Shown: in pieces, positions 21,695 through 31,985 of the stretch | Layout of the letters: each line of letters opens with the position of its first letter | Numbering within the stretch: position 1 is the stretch's first letter | Assembly (NCBI GenBank): GCA_963845755.1 | Contig: CAWJTV010000025.1 | Coordinates: forward strand, 192,001 to 256,000 | DNA from: an uncultured Planctomycetota bacterium | GTDB taxonomy: Bacteria > Planctomycetota > Planctomycetia > Isosphaerales > Isosphaeraceae | Direction of reading: 5' to 3' | DNA: 64,000 bases | Notes under the pieces: generated by a model | What the model was told of the DNA's origin: nothing | Seen by the model: only the letters and a program-made list of their open reading frames with translations | Database searches by the model: none | Position numbers and translations under genes: made by a program

Positions 21695-22301
21695 ATGGGC
21701 AACGAGATCATCATCGTGTCCGGGCTGCCACGCTCCGGCACTTCGCTCATGATGCAGATGCTGGACAACGGCGGCGTTGAGGTCGTCACCGATCACATCC
21801 GGACCCCCGATACGGACAACCCCCGGGGTTACTACGAGTTCGAACAGGTCAAGAAGATCAAGGAAGACGCCTCGTGGCTGCCGGGGACACGCGGGAAGGC
21901 CTTCAAGATGGTCTCCCAGCTCCTCTATGAACTTCCCGCCAACCAGACCTATCGCGTTATCTTCATGGAGCGAGATTTCGATGAAATGCTCCTCTCGCAG
22001 GAGAAGATGCTCGCGCGGCTGGGAAAGGCCGCGGCCCCCCGCCGACATCAAGCGGGCCTTCACCACTCACCTCAACAAGCTGCGCGGCTGGCTCTCGGGG
22101 CAGAAGAACATCGAGGTCCTGTATGTCAGTTACAACGATCTGGTCGAACGACCGGAAGAGCAGGCGGGGCGCATCGGCGCGTTCCTCGGCAGCCAGGCCG
22201 ACGTCGAGAGCATGGCCAGGACGGTGGATCGGTCGCTGTACCGGAATCGAAAGACTCCGACCGAGTCTTCCGGCGGCTCGGTCGCGGATGAACTCGCTTG
22301 A
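21695..22301 (+). CDS. PAPS-dependent sulfotransferase family protein; frameshift in the C-run near 22040
   Basis: IIIVSGLPRSGTSLMMQML (5'-PSB motif), DNPRGYYE, VIFMERDFDE and VLYVSYNDLVERP. Confidence 0.9.
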
Positions 22302-22329
22302 TCTGGGGGTACCCACAGCGTGGGGGACA

Positions 22330-23244
22330 TCAGGTCGACGGCTCGCTGGTGCGGGGCACCCGCTTGCGCCGGAACCAGGCGCCGGCGGTCAAGGCGCCCA
22401 GCGAACCGATCCCGAGCAAGACGATCCCGGACGGCTCGGGGACGCCCGACATGGTCAGGCTGTCGCCCGGGTACAGAGGATTCTGATCCGTTATCGCCAG
22501 GCTGCCGATCGACGTGCCGTCGTCCGAGAGCAGGATGCGAGCAAAGGTGCCCTGTCCGACAGCCAGGGTGCCGAGATTGAAGCCTATCGCCATGGCCACG
22601 TTCGTCCCCGGCACCGGCGTGGGCGCGCCATTGGTGTCGTCCAACGTCCCGAACAGCAGGTTCGTGAAGATATTGCTGCTGCTCGAGTCGCCGACCTGGT
22701 AGTTCTGGGGTCCGAGCCCGGGGCTGGTCGCGAGCGACCCGGCGACCGTGGCGTAATCCTCGGGGTTGGTCGTGCCGAAGAACGGGTTGACGTACGCCAT
22801 GAACTGGAACCCGGTGAGGGCCATCGGCCCGTTGTTGATGAACTGGTAAGTCAGCAGCAACTGGTCCGGCGTGGGTTGCGTGAAACTGAAGTTGTAAGCC
22901 AGGCCGGTGGGCGGGCCGTTGGTCAGTTGGGCGCTGGTGCCGAAGCCGCTGGTATTCCAAGAGGCCGGTGCATTCGTGGCATCGACGAATCCGTCCATCT
23001 GAGCGATCTGACCCTGGCCATCGCTACCGAAGCTGATCGACAGGTCCGGAGGGCTGTTGACGAACCCGAGGTCGCCATTGGGCCCGAAGCTCCCCGTAAT
23101 GACAATGCCGGCCCGGACCGGCGAGGCACCGGCCCAGCCCAGAACGGCCAACACAAGGCCCAGCCCCAGACTCCGTGTCGGGAAGCTCTTCCGCGATCGG
23201 AAAGGCATAATGCTCGCTCCTGGGAGGTTGGACTTCACGATCAC
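22330..23244 (-). CDS. PEP-CTERM sorting-domain protein
   Basis: Signal peptide ending ASPVRA; C-terminal VPEPSGIVLLGIGSLGALTAGAWFRRKR. Confidence 0.9.
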   Translation of the reverse strand: MIVKSNLPGASIMPFRSRKSFPTRSLGLGLVLAVLGWAGASPVRAGIVITGSFGPNGDLGFVNSPPDLSISFGSDGQGQIAQMDGFVDATNAPASWNTSGFGTSAQLTNGPPTGLAYNFSFTQPTPDQLLLTYQFINNGPMALTGFQFMAYVNPFFGTTNPEDYATVAGSLATSPGLGPQNYQVGDSSSSNIFTNLLFGTLDDTNGAPTPVPGTNVAMAIGFNLGTLAVGQGTFARILLSDDGTSIGSLAITDQNPLYPGDSLTMSGVPEPSGIVLLGIGSLGALTAGAWFRRKRVPRTSEPST

Positions 23245-23247
23245 TCA

Positions 23248-24796
23248 TCAGGGGTTGGCGATACAGCAGTTCAAGACCGCATTGTTGATGGCGTAAACGG
23301 CCCCATCCGGACCGATCAACGTGGGCGTGTAGGCCTCCCCAGTCGGGTTCGCAAGCTTGAGGCCGGCCGAGAGCGTGTTGGTTGTGAAGTTCCACCGATA
23401 TACGTGGCCGTCCTCGCTGTTCACTACGGCGCACTTGTTAATGGGGTCGATCGCCGTCGAATTGATGCACCATTCGTCAACCCCCGCCAGATTCGGATTC
23501 TTCGTCGGGCCCAGGATGGAGATGACGACGTTCATGACCTTGGTTCCCGTGATCGGGTCGTTCCCGGCGACGTTGGGATCCTGGATCGCGACCATGTTCT
23601 CGCCGTTACCCCCGCCATTCGCATAATTGTTGTACTTGGTCAAGATCAGGTAACTCGACGAGCCGGTGTACGAGGGGACGGCAGTGGCGGGGACGATCGA
23701 GGGCGTGATGTCCCATCCGAAAGCCCCGGGAATCTTGGTCGTCGCGAGCGTGGAGTTGAAATGCAACAGCCAGCCGCGGTAATGGTTGCTACCCAGCGAG
23801 TTCTCGAGGACCCCGTAATAGACGTCGCCGTCAGGCCCGATTGTCGGCGAGGAGGTACCATCGTCGTCGATCAGGGCAGCCCCGCCGTTGTGGGGATCGA
23901 GGAGAAAGACACTGTTCTTGCGGGTCATGGTGGCGGTCGCGGCGCTGCAAAGGTAGGCACCATAGCTAGAGTAAGCGGCGTTCACCCCGATGTAGACTGT
24001 CGTCCCGTCGGCGCTGATGGCCGGAGGGCAATTGTAGGCGATCTTGTTGTAGGACGTGTTGTTAGACAGCGCCGCAGCCGAGATGAAGCTGCCGGCCCCG
24101 CTGGCCGAGATCCGCGCCAGGCCGCTGGGGATGCCATCAGGGTAGCCCGGCAAAGCATCCCCGCTCGAAAGGTAGCCGAAGTAGAGATTCCCGGCTGCGT
24201 CGCTGGTGATCGACGTACAAATCTGGATGGCACTGTTGAACGCGTCGGGATCGGAGTTGTAGTTGGCGATACCGAAAAAGGCCCCGCGCAGTCGCGGTTC
24301 CGCTGGCGGAATCGGGGAACGTGCGAACGATGACCGTTCCCCCCGCCGCGGGGAAGACCACGGACTTGTCCAGTGGCCTCAGCGTCGGCCCCCAGGCAGG
24401 AATCCAGTTGTAGGTGGGCAACGCGTAATCCGTGTTCATCATCCAGATCAACGCGCCGGTGCTCGCCTTGTGGGCTTCGATCCGGAATCCACTCGTGGCG
24501 CCCGTCTTGACCGGGACCAGGACGGTGTTCGAACGCGTGATCATCGGCGAGCCATAATGCGTCAGCAACTCGTTCCCCGAGTATTGCGGATCCAGGTCCA
24601 CCGGGGTCAACCAGCGAATCATCTGGGGAATCTGGGAGCCATTGCTGTAGAGGCTCGTATGCTGGGCATTCAGTGCATGACCCGGCCAGGACTGGGCCCT
24701 GACCGCAGGCGATCCACCCGCAAACACGCCGAGAACGACGAGCCAGAACGCCGCGCGATGGCCAGGAGCCGCCCAAGTCCGGTCACAAAATCGCAT
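23248..24796 (-). CDS. Secreted hypothetical protein, probable beta-propeller; frameshift near 24285
   Basis: Signal peptide ending PAVRA-QSWPGHALNAQHT; PQQ-like blades (PAISADGTTVYIG, SPTIGPDGDVYYG, YTPTLIGPDGAVYAINN). Directly upstream of the PEP-CTERM gene. Confidence 0.75.
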
Positions 24797-25502
24797 GGCC
24801 TGCATTCCCTTCGAAGAGGACAAACGGGGAGAAACCGCATGGATCACAGGAATTCCTCACTACCGGCCGGGCCAGGGACATCCCGGTCGGCCCGAAAGCC
24901 AGAGGAATCGGATCACGCAAGAAAGAAAGCGGTCGAGCCCTCGAGAGATTCAATGAATTGAACGATCCTTCGTACCGACCTTGGACGAAAGCTTATAGAG
25001 CTTCCCGCGGCTTTGCAATGGTTCCCGGGGAATTTGCCAACGCCCTTGCAGACCACGTATCGAGGATATGTTGTTTATGTTGAGTTGTGGATGCTGCATC
25101 GTTGCAGTGGGCAACAAGGGCGACCGGCCCGATGCCTTGCCGGGGGTGCTGGCCGTGGCCGTACCTCGGTACAGTCAGCGGCCGCAGGCGACGCTTTCCA
25201 GTCCACCCGGGCAGCCATCGCAGGTCATCATGACCCAGGCTTCTCTTTGTAGGCGACTTCGCTCGTGGCACTCGCGATCCATTCGATCGCCGTACCATAC
25301 CCGGAGCCGTTCGGGTTGGCTAGCTACGTTCATTTTTATCAACGCGTCGGGGTGGGGTTACTCCGCAAGGACTGACCTCTTGCGGCTTCGGCCGCGAGGA
25401 TTCCTGCGAATTCAATGGTTGGTTACGGTACTGTGTGCTCCCGGACCACCGACTGGCATGCACCGGTGTAAGCCGATGGACGACGGTACACATCATGCCG
25501 AG

Positions 25503-27511
25503 TCACGGAAGCCGGATCGTTGCCTGGTGAGGGTTACCCTCGACATTCCCGGCCGCGTCATGGGCGATGGCGGTGAAACTCAAAGGACTCGCGGACGATT
25601 CCTCGACCACGGCCTCCCATCCCAGGAAGTTCGGGGCCAAGGGACGTGCCTCACGGCCGTTGACCCGAACGGACTGGACCGCGCCATCGTCAGCCGTTAC
25701 CCCGCGAAGCACCACACGCCCATCTTTGACCGGTCCGATGTAGGTGATCACCGTGACCGGCGGACGATCATCCACCGGTTCGAACGGCGCGGGTAAGTTC
25801 TCGAGTCGGGTCGCTTTCCCGTCTCTTGAGCCGACGGCAATTTGGTCCGGTAGAAGACCAGCCCCCGATAGGCCTGTCGCTCGTAATGAGCCCGCCAGAG
25901 TCCGTAGGTACACTCGGCCACGTCCAGCCCATCGACCAGCACTCCGGGGCCGGCCGGACTCAAGGCCCAGTGCGATTCCCACACCTGAAGCTTTCGGATC
26001 GAGAAGGGATGCCGCACGTCCGGGCCCACTTCCCCCACGCCTCCGGTGGACTTGAACTCCCCCACGCCACCCCCCAGGTTAACACCGTAACGGCGCTGGG
26101 CGTGGGCCTCGTTCCCCTCGAATCGGAGAAACGGCAGCGTGCGAATGTCAACCTTGCGACGATGGCCATCGGGACCGCGCACCGGCAACACCAACTCGAC
26201 CCCAGGCGCTCGGGCGCGTCGAATCGAAACCCATACTCATCACATTCCACCGCGACATTACCAATAAAAGCGTTATAGCTGTTGGCCCACCAGAACCCCG
26301 CTCCGTTGTTCCGGTCCAGGGGGAAGACCTGACCAGAGAGTGGCTTCCCGCCCAACGCTTGCACTGCCAGATTGCCGACCAAGATGTTCTCGACCTCGGT
26401 CCCGTCCTCAAGGAAGAAGCCGTGGCCCGTACTCCGGTATCCCACACAGTCACGAACGACCAGGGTATTGGTCCCGTGGATCGTCATCCAACGATTGGCG
26501 CTGTCCCAGATCGAGGCACCGATCACGGATGTCCCACGCATCGTGTCTCCAACCCGGTGGAAATGAAGGCTGTACTTACCGAGTTTGCCCGGCTTTCCGA
26601 GATGACGAAACTCCGCGTAGGAGATCGAGCCGGCCGAGTGGCGATGGTACATGGTGTGGCCACGAATGCCGGCCGGGTCGGCCGACTCGATGATCGCGTT
26701 CCGGCTGAGGTTGGCCACTTCACCCCGACGGTTCTTGAAACAGGAATGGGCAAAATCCAGTGGAGTGTCGAGGGTAAGCTCCGTCCCCTGGATTGCCCGG
26801 ATGGTGCGTTCCTCGGTCTGGGGTTGCTCGCGGATGCTTGGGACCTCGATATCGTCGCGCAGCGCGCTGCCGTGCGGTCGCGGTGATGATGACCCGATCT
26901 CCAACCCGCCAGCCCGTGACGGTTTCGGACAGGGTTACGTGGACCGATCGCTTCTCCGCGGGGGCACCCAGCTTGACCCAGGTGCGACCCATCGGGCTAC
27001 CATGAACGTCCCAGCGGCCGCCGCAACACACGATCGCCGGGCATTCCTCCGGATCGAGTCCCGACACGGCTGTCAGTCGGATCAGGGCTATGCGGCCGGC
27101 AGCGATCGGCTGATCCGGCATGCCGATTTCCAGGGCGGCGCGCGCATGCGTCCGGTCGGGCGCCGCCACGTGATTCTCACAATCGAAGCCCGACTCGCTG
27201 GCGTCATCGCCGGCTTGAATCTTGATCAGTCCGACGTCGAGGCGGGTGTCGCGATCCGGGTCGAACCGCAGGGTCCCGGCAACATGAATCGATCGGATCG
27301 CGCCGTCGGTCTTGACGTCGAACGTCACCTGATGCCCCGTGCGGACCTGAACCCGCGCCCCGCGGCCAGGAACCTTACCCCCCTCCCAGGTCGCCGCCTC
27401 GGACCATCGACCGTTAGCGACCGAACGGATCAGTGGAACCGGCGATCCATCGGGCGTCTCGCGGCCTCCCGGTACCACGCCCAGGAATGCCATGATCAAC
27501 AGAGAAGACAT
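25503..27511 (-). CDS. G8-domain / right-handed beta-helix protein (TMEM2/CEMIP-like architecture); about 3 frameshifts
   Basis: SVANGRWSEAATWEGGKVPGRGARVQVRTGHQVTFD (G8), GEVANLSRN, LGKYSLHFH, GHGFFLEDGTE, GAGFWWAN and a C-terminal Ig-like DAAGNVE. Confidence 0.85.
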
Positions 27512-27583
27512 CGACCTCGTCTCCCTCGTCCAGGGCGCCCTCTTGATCGGAAAACCGTTTCACGAATCAAAGACCACAGAAAG

Positions 27584-27934
27584 CTATTGGTTACCGAAAA
27601 GGAAGCCATGGAAATCGGCTGGGATATGGATCGGGATCGTCCGCTGGCCCGCGGTCCGGGCTCGTGTCTGGACCATCACGGGCAGCAGGAACCCCATCAC
27701 GATCAAAATGATCGCCAGCACCGTGACGATGTCCGTCAGCTTGTAGCCCCTCCTCGCGAGGAACCGCGGGCCGAGGGCCAAGACCGCCGAGAACAGCAGA
27801 ATCCAGCGCGTCGTCAGCGAGAGCCGGAACAGCCCCAGGCCCAGCGCGGTCAGGGCGATCACGATCATGAAGCGGCCGAGCGTCCACTGGACAGGGCGAG
27901 GCGGCCATGGAGTGCGACGAGCGAACATAGCCAT
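27584..27934 (-). CDS. Small membrane protein with an internal prepilin-like helix
   Basis: QWTLGRFMIVIALTALGLGL and RRGYKLTDIVTVLAIILIVMGFLLPVMVQTR. Confidence 0.65.
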   Translation of the reverse strand: MAMFARRTPWPPRPVQWTLGRFMIVIALTALGLGLFRLSLTTRWILLFSAVLALGPRFLARRGYKLTDIVTVLAIILIVMGFLLPVMVQTRARTAGQRTIPIHIPADFHGFLFGNQ

Positions 27935-27961
27935 CCGTCTCTCCCATTTGCGTCCGGGCAG

Positions 27962-28928
27962 CTATGGCCCGTTATCCTTGTAGAAGTCCTCGGCCGAAGT
28001 CTCGTCGGATCCGGGTGCCGAAGGAGCCGACGGCGCTGCAAACCGCCGTGCGGCGTCGCCGAGGACGGCGGAAACGAGCACAGTTACGAGGAGCACGCGC
28101 GTCAGGCCGCGCACCCAGGCTGGCATCCGGCGCAGGCGAGACAGCTCGGGGACCCAGGCGAGCAGGGGAGCGACGAAGAGGAGGACGGCATGTTCTGTGC
28201 GAAGCTCGCCGAAGAATCGGCCGATGATGAGCAGGCTGGCCAATCCGACGATCGCCACGCCAATCGCAGCCGTCAACCGCGACCGTGCGGGGCTAGTCGG
28301 TATCATCGCCACGGCCAAGGCGCCCAGGATCGCGGCCGAAAGCGGCAGGCCGGCCTGGCCGCCCGTGGCGTAGCCCGACAACATGATCGTAATCGCCGAG
28401 CCACCGATGACGATCGCCAGGCCGATGGTCAGCGAGACCCCGGGCGACCGACGAGCCAGCAGGACCAGGAGGGCCCAGGACACCGCCTGCCCCAATGCCA
28501 GCGCCCCCAGGACCATCCACGCCAGGGCTGGTGGCCAGGTCTGTGCCCCCGCGTCGGCCGGGCTCGTCAGGTAGATCGATCCGTGCAACAGCACCCGGGC
28601 CAGACACGCGGCGATCGCTACGCGCAAGACCCAGGTCAGCCATCGCGGAACCCTGGGAAACGCCGACAGCAACTCGATCCCGATCGTGGCCGGGATCACG
28701 ATACTCAGCAGCCGGTCCAGGTCCTCAGCCGGCGGCCAGTGAGGGCGAATACCCAGCACCCAGCAACCCAGATAGAACCCGACACCGAGGCCCACGGCCC
28801 ACCCCGCATCGATCCAGACGGCATCGGTTGCGCCGCCGACGCCCCCACCCGACATAGATCCCCAGCATCACAGCCGCGGCTGCAAATGCCAGTCCCGTCG
28901 CCTGCGCCATCAGGATCGGGTCGGGCAT
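27962..28928 (-). CDS. Hypothetical polytopic membrane protein; frameshift near 28850
   Basis: ORFs 28725-28928 and 27962-28855; many hydrophobic helices; PHWPPAEDLDRLL. Confidence 0.75.
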
Positions 28929-29000
28929 GGGAGATCCTCCGTCAGTTCGCGAGGTTTAATGATGATGGAAGGTCGCGAGGCCATCGGGTCACTCGAGCTT

Positions 29001-31727
29001 TCAGTGCGCCGATCCGGTGCCGGTCGCCGAAGCCTTCGGAGCCGCCTCCGCCGGCTGGGTCCCACCGCCGGACTTCAGCGATGCGATCCGGTTCCTCAAG
29101 TCCCTGGCCTTGCTCTCGAGCTCGACGGCCTGGGCTTCCAGGGCGGCGACGTCTCGGGCCGGCGCCGGTGCGACGGCACCGCCGCCTGTCCCAGCCACAG
29201 TGGCGCCCCCGGAGGATGCAGGATCACCGAGGGCATCGATAATCTCCTGGAGGCGCCGGTGCAGGAAACCGTTGAAGCCGCCGGTCTCACGCTCGAGACG
29301 GGCCTTCAATTTCGGGACGGCCCGCGCAATTTTCAGCTCGCGCACGGCTTCCCAGACCCAGTACCGCAGGGACGAATCCGGGTCATCCACGAGAGACACG
29401 ACGATGTCCTGGAGTGCCGGGTCGTCCTTGCCCAGGCGGGAAAGCGATCGGACGGCCGCGGACCGCAGCGCGGAGGGCTGTCCGTACCGGCTGTAGAGCG
29501 CCGCCAGTTCTCGGGCCTTCGACCCGGGCGTTTCGAGCAGGACTTCCAGCGCCGTGGCGGCAATCTGGTGGTGGTCGGCCGGGAGCTGGAGGGCGGCGTC
29601 GAGCAGCGCCGGTGCGTCCTCGACCTTCCACGAGACCAGGCCCCGCAGCGCCGCCCGGCGGGCCCCATAAGCTTCCTTCGCGTTGGACCAGGCCGCGCGG
29701 AGGATGGACTCGATCGTGTCATCACGCCCGAACTTGGCCAGTCCGCCGATGGCCACGACGCGGATCCGGGCTTCGGGATCCCGGGCCGCGTCGAGCAGGG
29801 CCGAGCGGAACGACTCCTGGCCGTTGCTCATGAGTTCGACCATCTCCCGGCGAGCGCCGACGGCCTTCTCCCGCTTCCATGCTTGAGAGAACGTCCGGGC
29901 GATTCTCGGCAGCTTCTCGGACTTGCCAGCCAGCGCCCGCGCGGCGTCGAGCCGCCCCAGGACGCACGTCGCATTCTCGAGCAAATACTGATTCTCCTCA
30001 TCCGACCTCTCGAAGTCGACGACCTTGGGCAGCCAACCTTCCGGGTCAACCTGCACCATCTTCGGCCGGGTCGCGCACGGGATCACGAACTCGTGCGAGG
30101 ACCCGTCGATCACGACGGGGATCCGGCGCGTCTGGCTCGCACTCTCGGTGATCGCCAGCGTCGTCGGCAGGCGGAACAATGGGGTCTGGTCATCGAGCTT
30201 CTGCGTCTGCTGGATGTTCACGCGGACGGTCTTGTCGGCATCCTCGTAATGCCAGCGGATCTTCAGCTCGGGATGGCCCGCCTTGAAGACCCACTGGTCG
30301 AAGAACCATTTCAGGTCCTTGCCGGAGGCGGCCTCCATCGCCTTGCGGAAGTCGTCGGTCTCGACGACCTGCAACTGGTGTGCGGACACGTAACCGCGGA
30401 TTCCTTTCCACCAGGCCTCGTCTCCCAGCAGGCCCCGGAGCGCATGCAGCACGCAAGCCCCCTTGGCGTAGGTCACCGAATCGAACATGGCGTCGGACGT
30501 CTCGTAACGGGTCTCGACGATCGGCCTGCGATAACCCCGGTCGCTTCTCAGGTAACCTCGGAGCACGCTGTCCATCTCGAGCCGGAACGCGTCCTCGCCG
30601 CGGTCGTGCTCGGTGAACAGCGGGTCGAAATACGAGGCGAAGCCCTCGTTGAGCCAGATGTGCGACCAGTCCTTGCAGGTGAGGAGGTCGCCGAACCATT
30701 GGTGCGCCAGCTCATGCGCCACCAGGCCGTCGGAATCCCCCTCCTGGGCGGCGATCTCGTCGCGGAGTGCGGCGTCGGTCATCGTCGTGGCCGAGATGTT
30801 CTCCATCCCGCCGCCGAACTCGGGCATGACCGATTGGGCATATTTGACGTACGGGTAAGTCCGGCCGGTCTTGTCGCCGAAGAAGGCGATCATCCGCGGC
30901 GTCTTCCCCATGAAGCGCCGGGCCGTCGCCTCGTCGACTCGCTTGGTCACATAATAATCCACCGGCAGATTGCCGACCTTATCGTGGTAGATGGAGAAAT
31001 CCGCCACGGCCAGCGAGATCAGGTAACTCACGTGGGGTACGTCCATCTTCCAGTGGTAGGTCGTGGCATGATCGTCCTTCGGCTTCGTCTCGACAAGCGT
31101 GCCGTTGGACAGGACGAACAGCGGTTTCTCGACCGTGACGATCATCTCGCTGGTCGCGCGGTCGTTGGGATAATCGTAGCAAGGGAGCCAGTGGTGCGTG
31201 TCCTCGGCCTCTCCCTGAGTCCAGATGGCCATCGGTTTCTCGGGATAGGCGGGGTCGGGCAGGACGAAATGGAGGCCATGCTCGGGGGCGCCGCCGTACC
31301 CGATCGCCAGGTCGAATGTGTCGCCGGGACCATACGCCTTGTCGAGCGTCACGGACAAGGTCTGGTCCTTGACGGTGAAAGTACAAGGGATCGCATTCGG
31401 TCCGACGGTGACTCTCGTAACCTTGAGCTTCGGTCCACAGTCGAGGTCGATCGCCTTGAGGTAGGGGTGCATCGGACTCAACGTATGGGTCACGGTCCCG
31501 TTCACCTCGCGCTTCTTGGCGTCGAGGGTCAACTCGGCCTTGATGTGCTTGACGTCAACATAACGGATCCGTTCGGGCTTCCGGGACGTCCCAGGCTTGG
31601 CGAACGGCCGCCGTGCGGCGGTTGCCGAGCCGCGACCGCGACCGCGACCCTGCGCCCACGCATCCGCGCCGAGCCAGCCGGATGCGAGGATCAGCCAAAC
31701 GGCGATGAGACGAAGCGGCTTCGACAT
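29001..31727 (-). CDS. Secreted M1 family aminopeptidase with C-terminal HEAT repeats and coiled coil
   Basis: GGGMEN, HELAHQWFGD...WLNEGFA and YAKGACVLHALR, plus a signal peptide. Confidence 0.95.
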   Translation of the reverse strand: MSKPLRLIAVWLILASGWLGADAWAQGRGRGRGSATAARRPFAKPGTSRKPERIRYVDVKHIKAELTLDAKKREVNGTVTHTLSPMHPYLKAIDLDCGPKLKVTRVTVGPNAIPCTFTVKDQTLSVTLDKAYGPGDTFDLAIGYGGAPEHGLHFVLPDPAYPEKPMAIWTQGEAEDTHHWLPCYDYPNDRATSEMIVTVEKPLFVLSNGTLVETKPKDDHATTYHWKMDVPHVSYLISLAVADFSIYHDKVGNLPVDYYVTKRVDEATARRFMGKTPRMIAFFGDKTGRTYPYVKYAQSVMPEFGGGMENISATTMTDAALRDEIAAQEGDSDGLVAHELAHQWFGDLLTCKDWSHIWLNEGFASYFDPLFTEHDRGEDAFRLEMDSVLRGYLRSDRGYRRPIVETRYETSDAMFDSVTYAKGACVLHALRGLLGDEAWWKGIRGYVSAHQLQVVETDDFRKAMEAASGKDLKWFFDQWVFKAGHPELKIRWHYEDADKTVRVNIQQTQKLDDQTPLFRLPTTLAITESASQTRRIPVVIDGSSHEFVIPCATRPKMVQVDPEGWLPKVVDFERSDEENQYLLENATCVLGRLDAARALAGKSEKLPRIARTFSQAWKREKAVGARREMVELMSNGQESFRSALLDAARDPEARIRVVAIGGLAKFGRDDTIESILRAAWSNAKEAYGARRAALRGLVSWKVEDAPALLDAALQLPADHHQIAATALEVLLETPGSKARELAALYSRYGQPSALRSAAVRSLSRLGKDDPALQDIVVSLVDDPDSSLRYWVWEAVRELKIARAVPKLKARLERETGGFNGFLHRRLQEIIDALGDPASSGGATVAGTGGGAVAPAPARDVAALEAQAVELESKARDLRNRIASLKSGGGTQPAEAAPKASATGTGSAH

Positions 31728-31985
31728 GATACTTCCTGGTAGAATAGGGAGAGGATGACTCGGGGTGGAATGGTCGGTTTCAACGTGCACTTTCGGAATA
31801 CGAACCCGGTGCCGGCCCAGATCGCGCCAGGACCATTGATGCGCAACGTAACCTGTTCTACTCTCGAAGACTAGGCCCGGTCAATCGGCCGGCCTCTCAA
31901 AAAGGGCGACCGGCAGCCGCCACCGGCCGTGGCGAGGGACGAGCAGGAGCAAGCCCGGACCTCATCCAGGCCCAATGGATACCAC

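Noticed and set aside
26651..31742. Very long plus-strand ORFs (863 aa and 927 aa)
   Set aside because: Antisense to well-supported genes; stop-poor shadow frames are expected at high GC.
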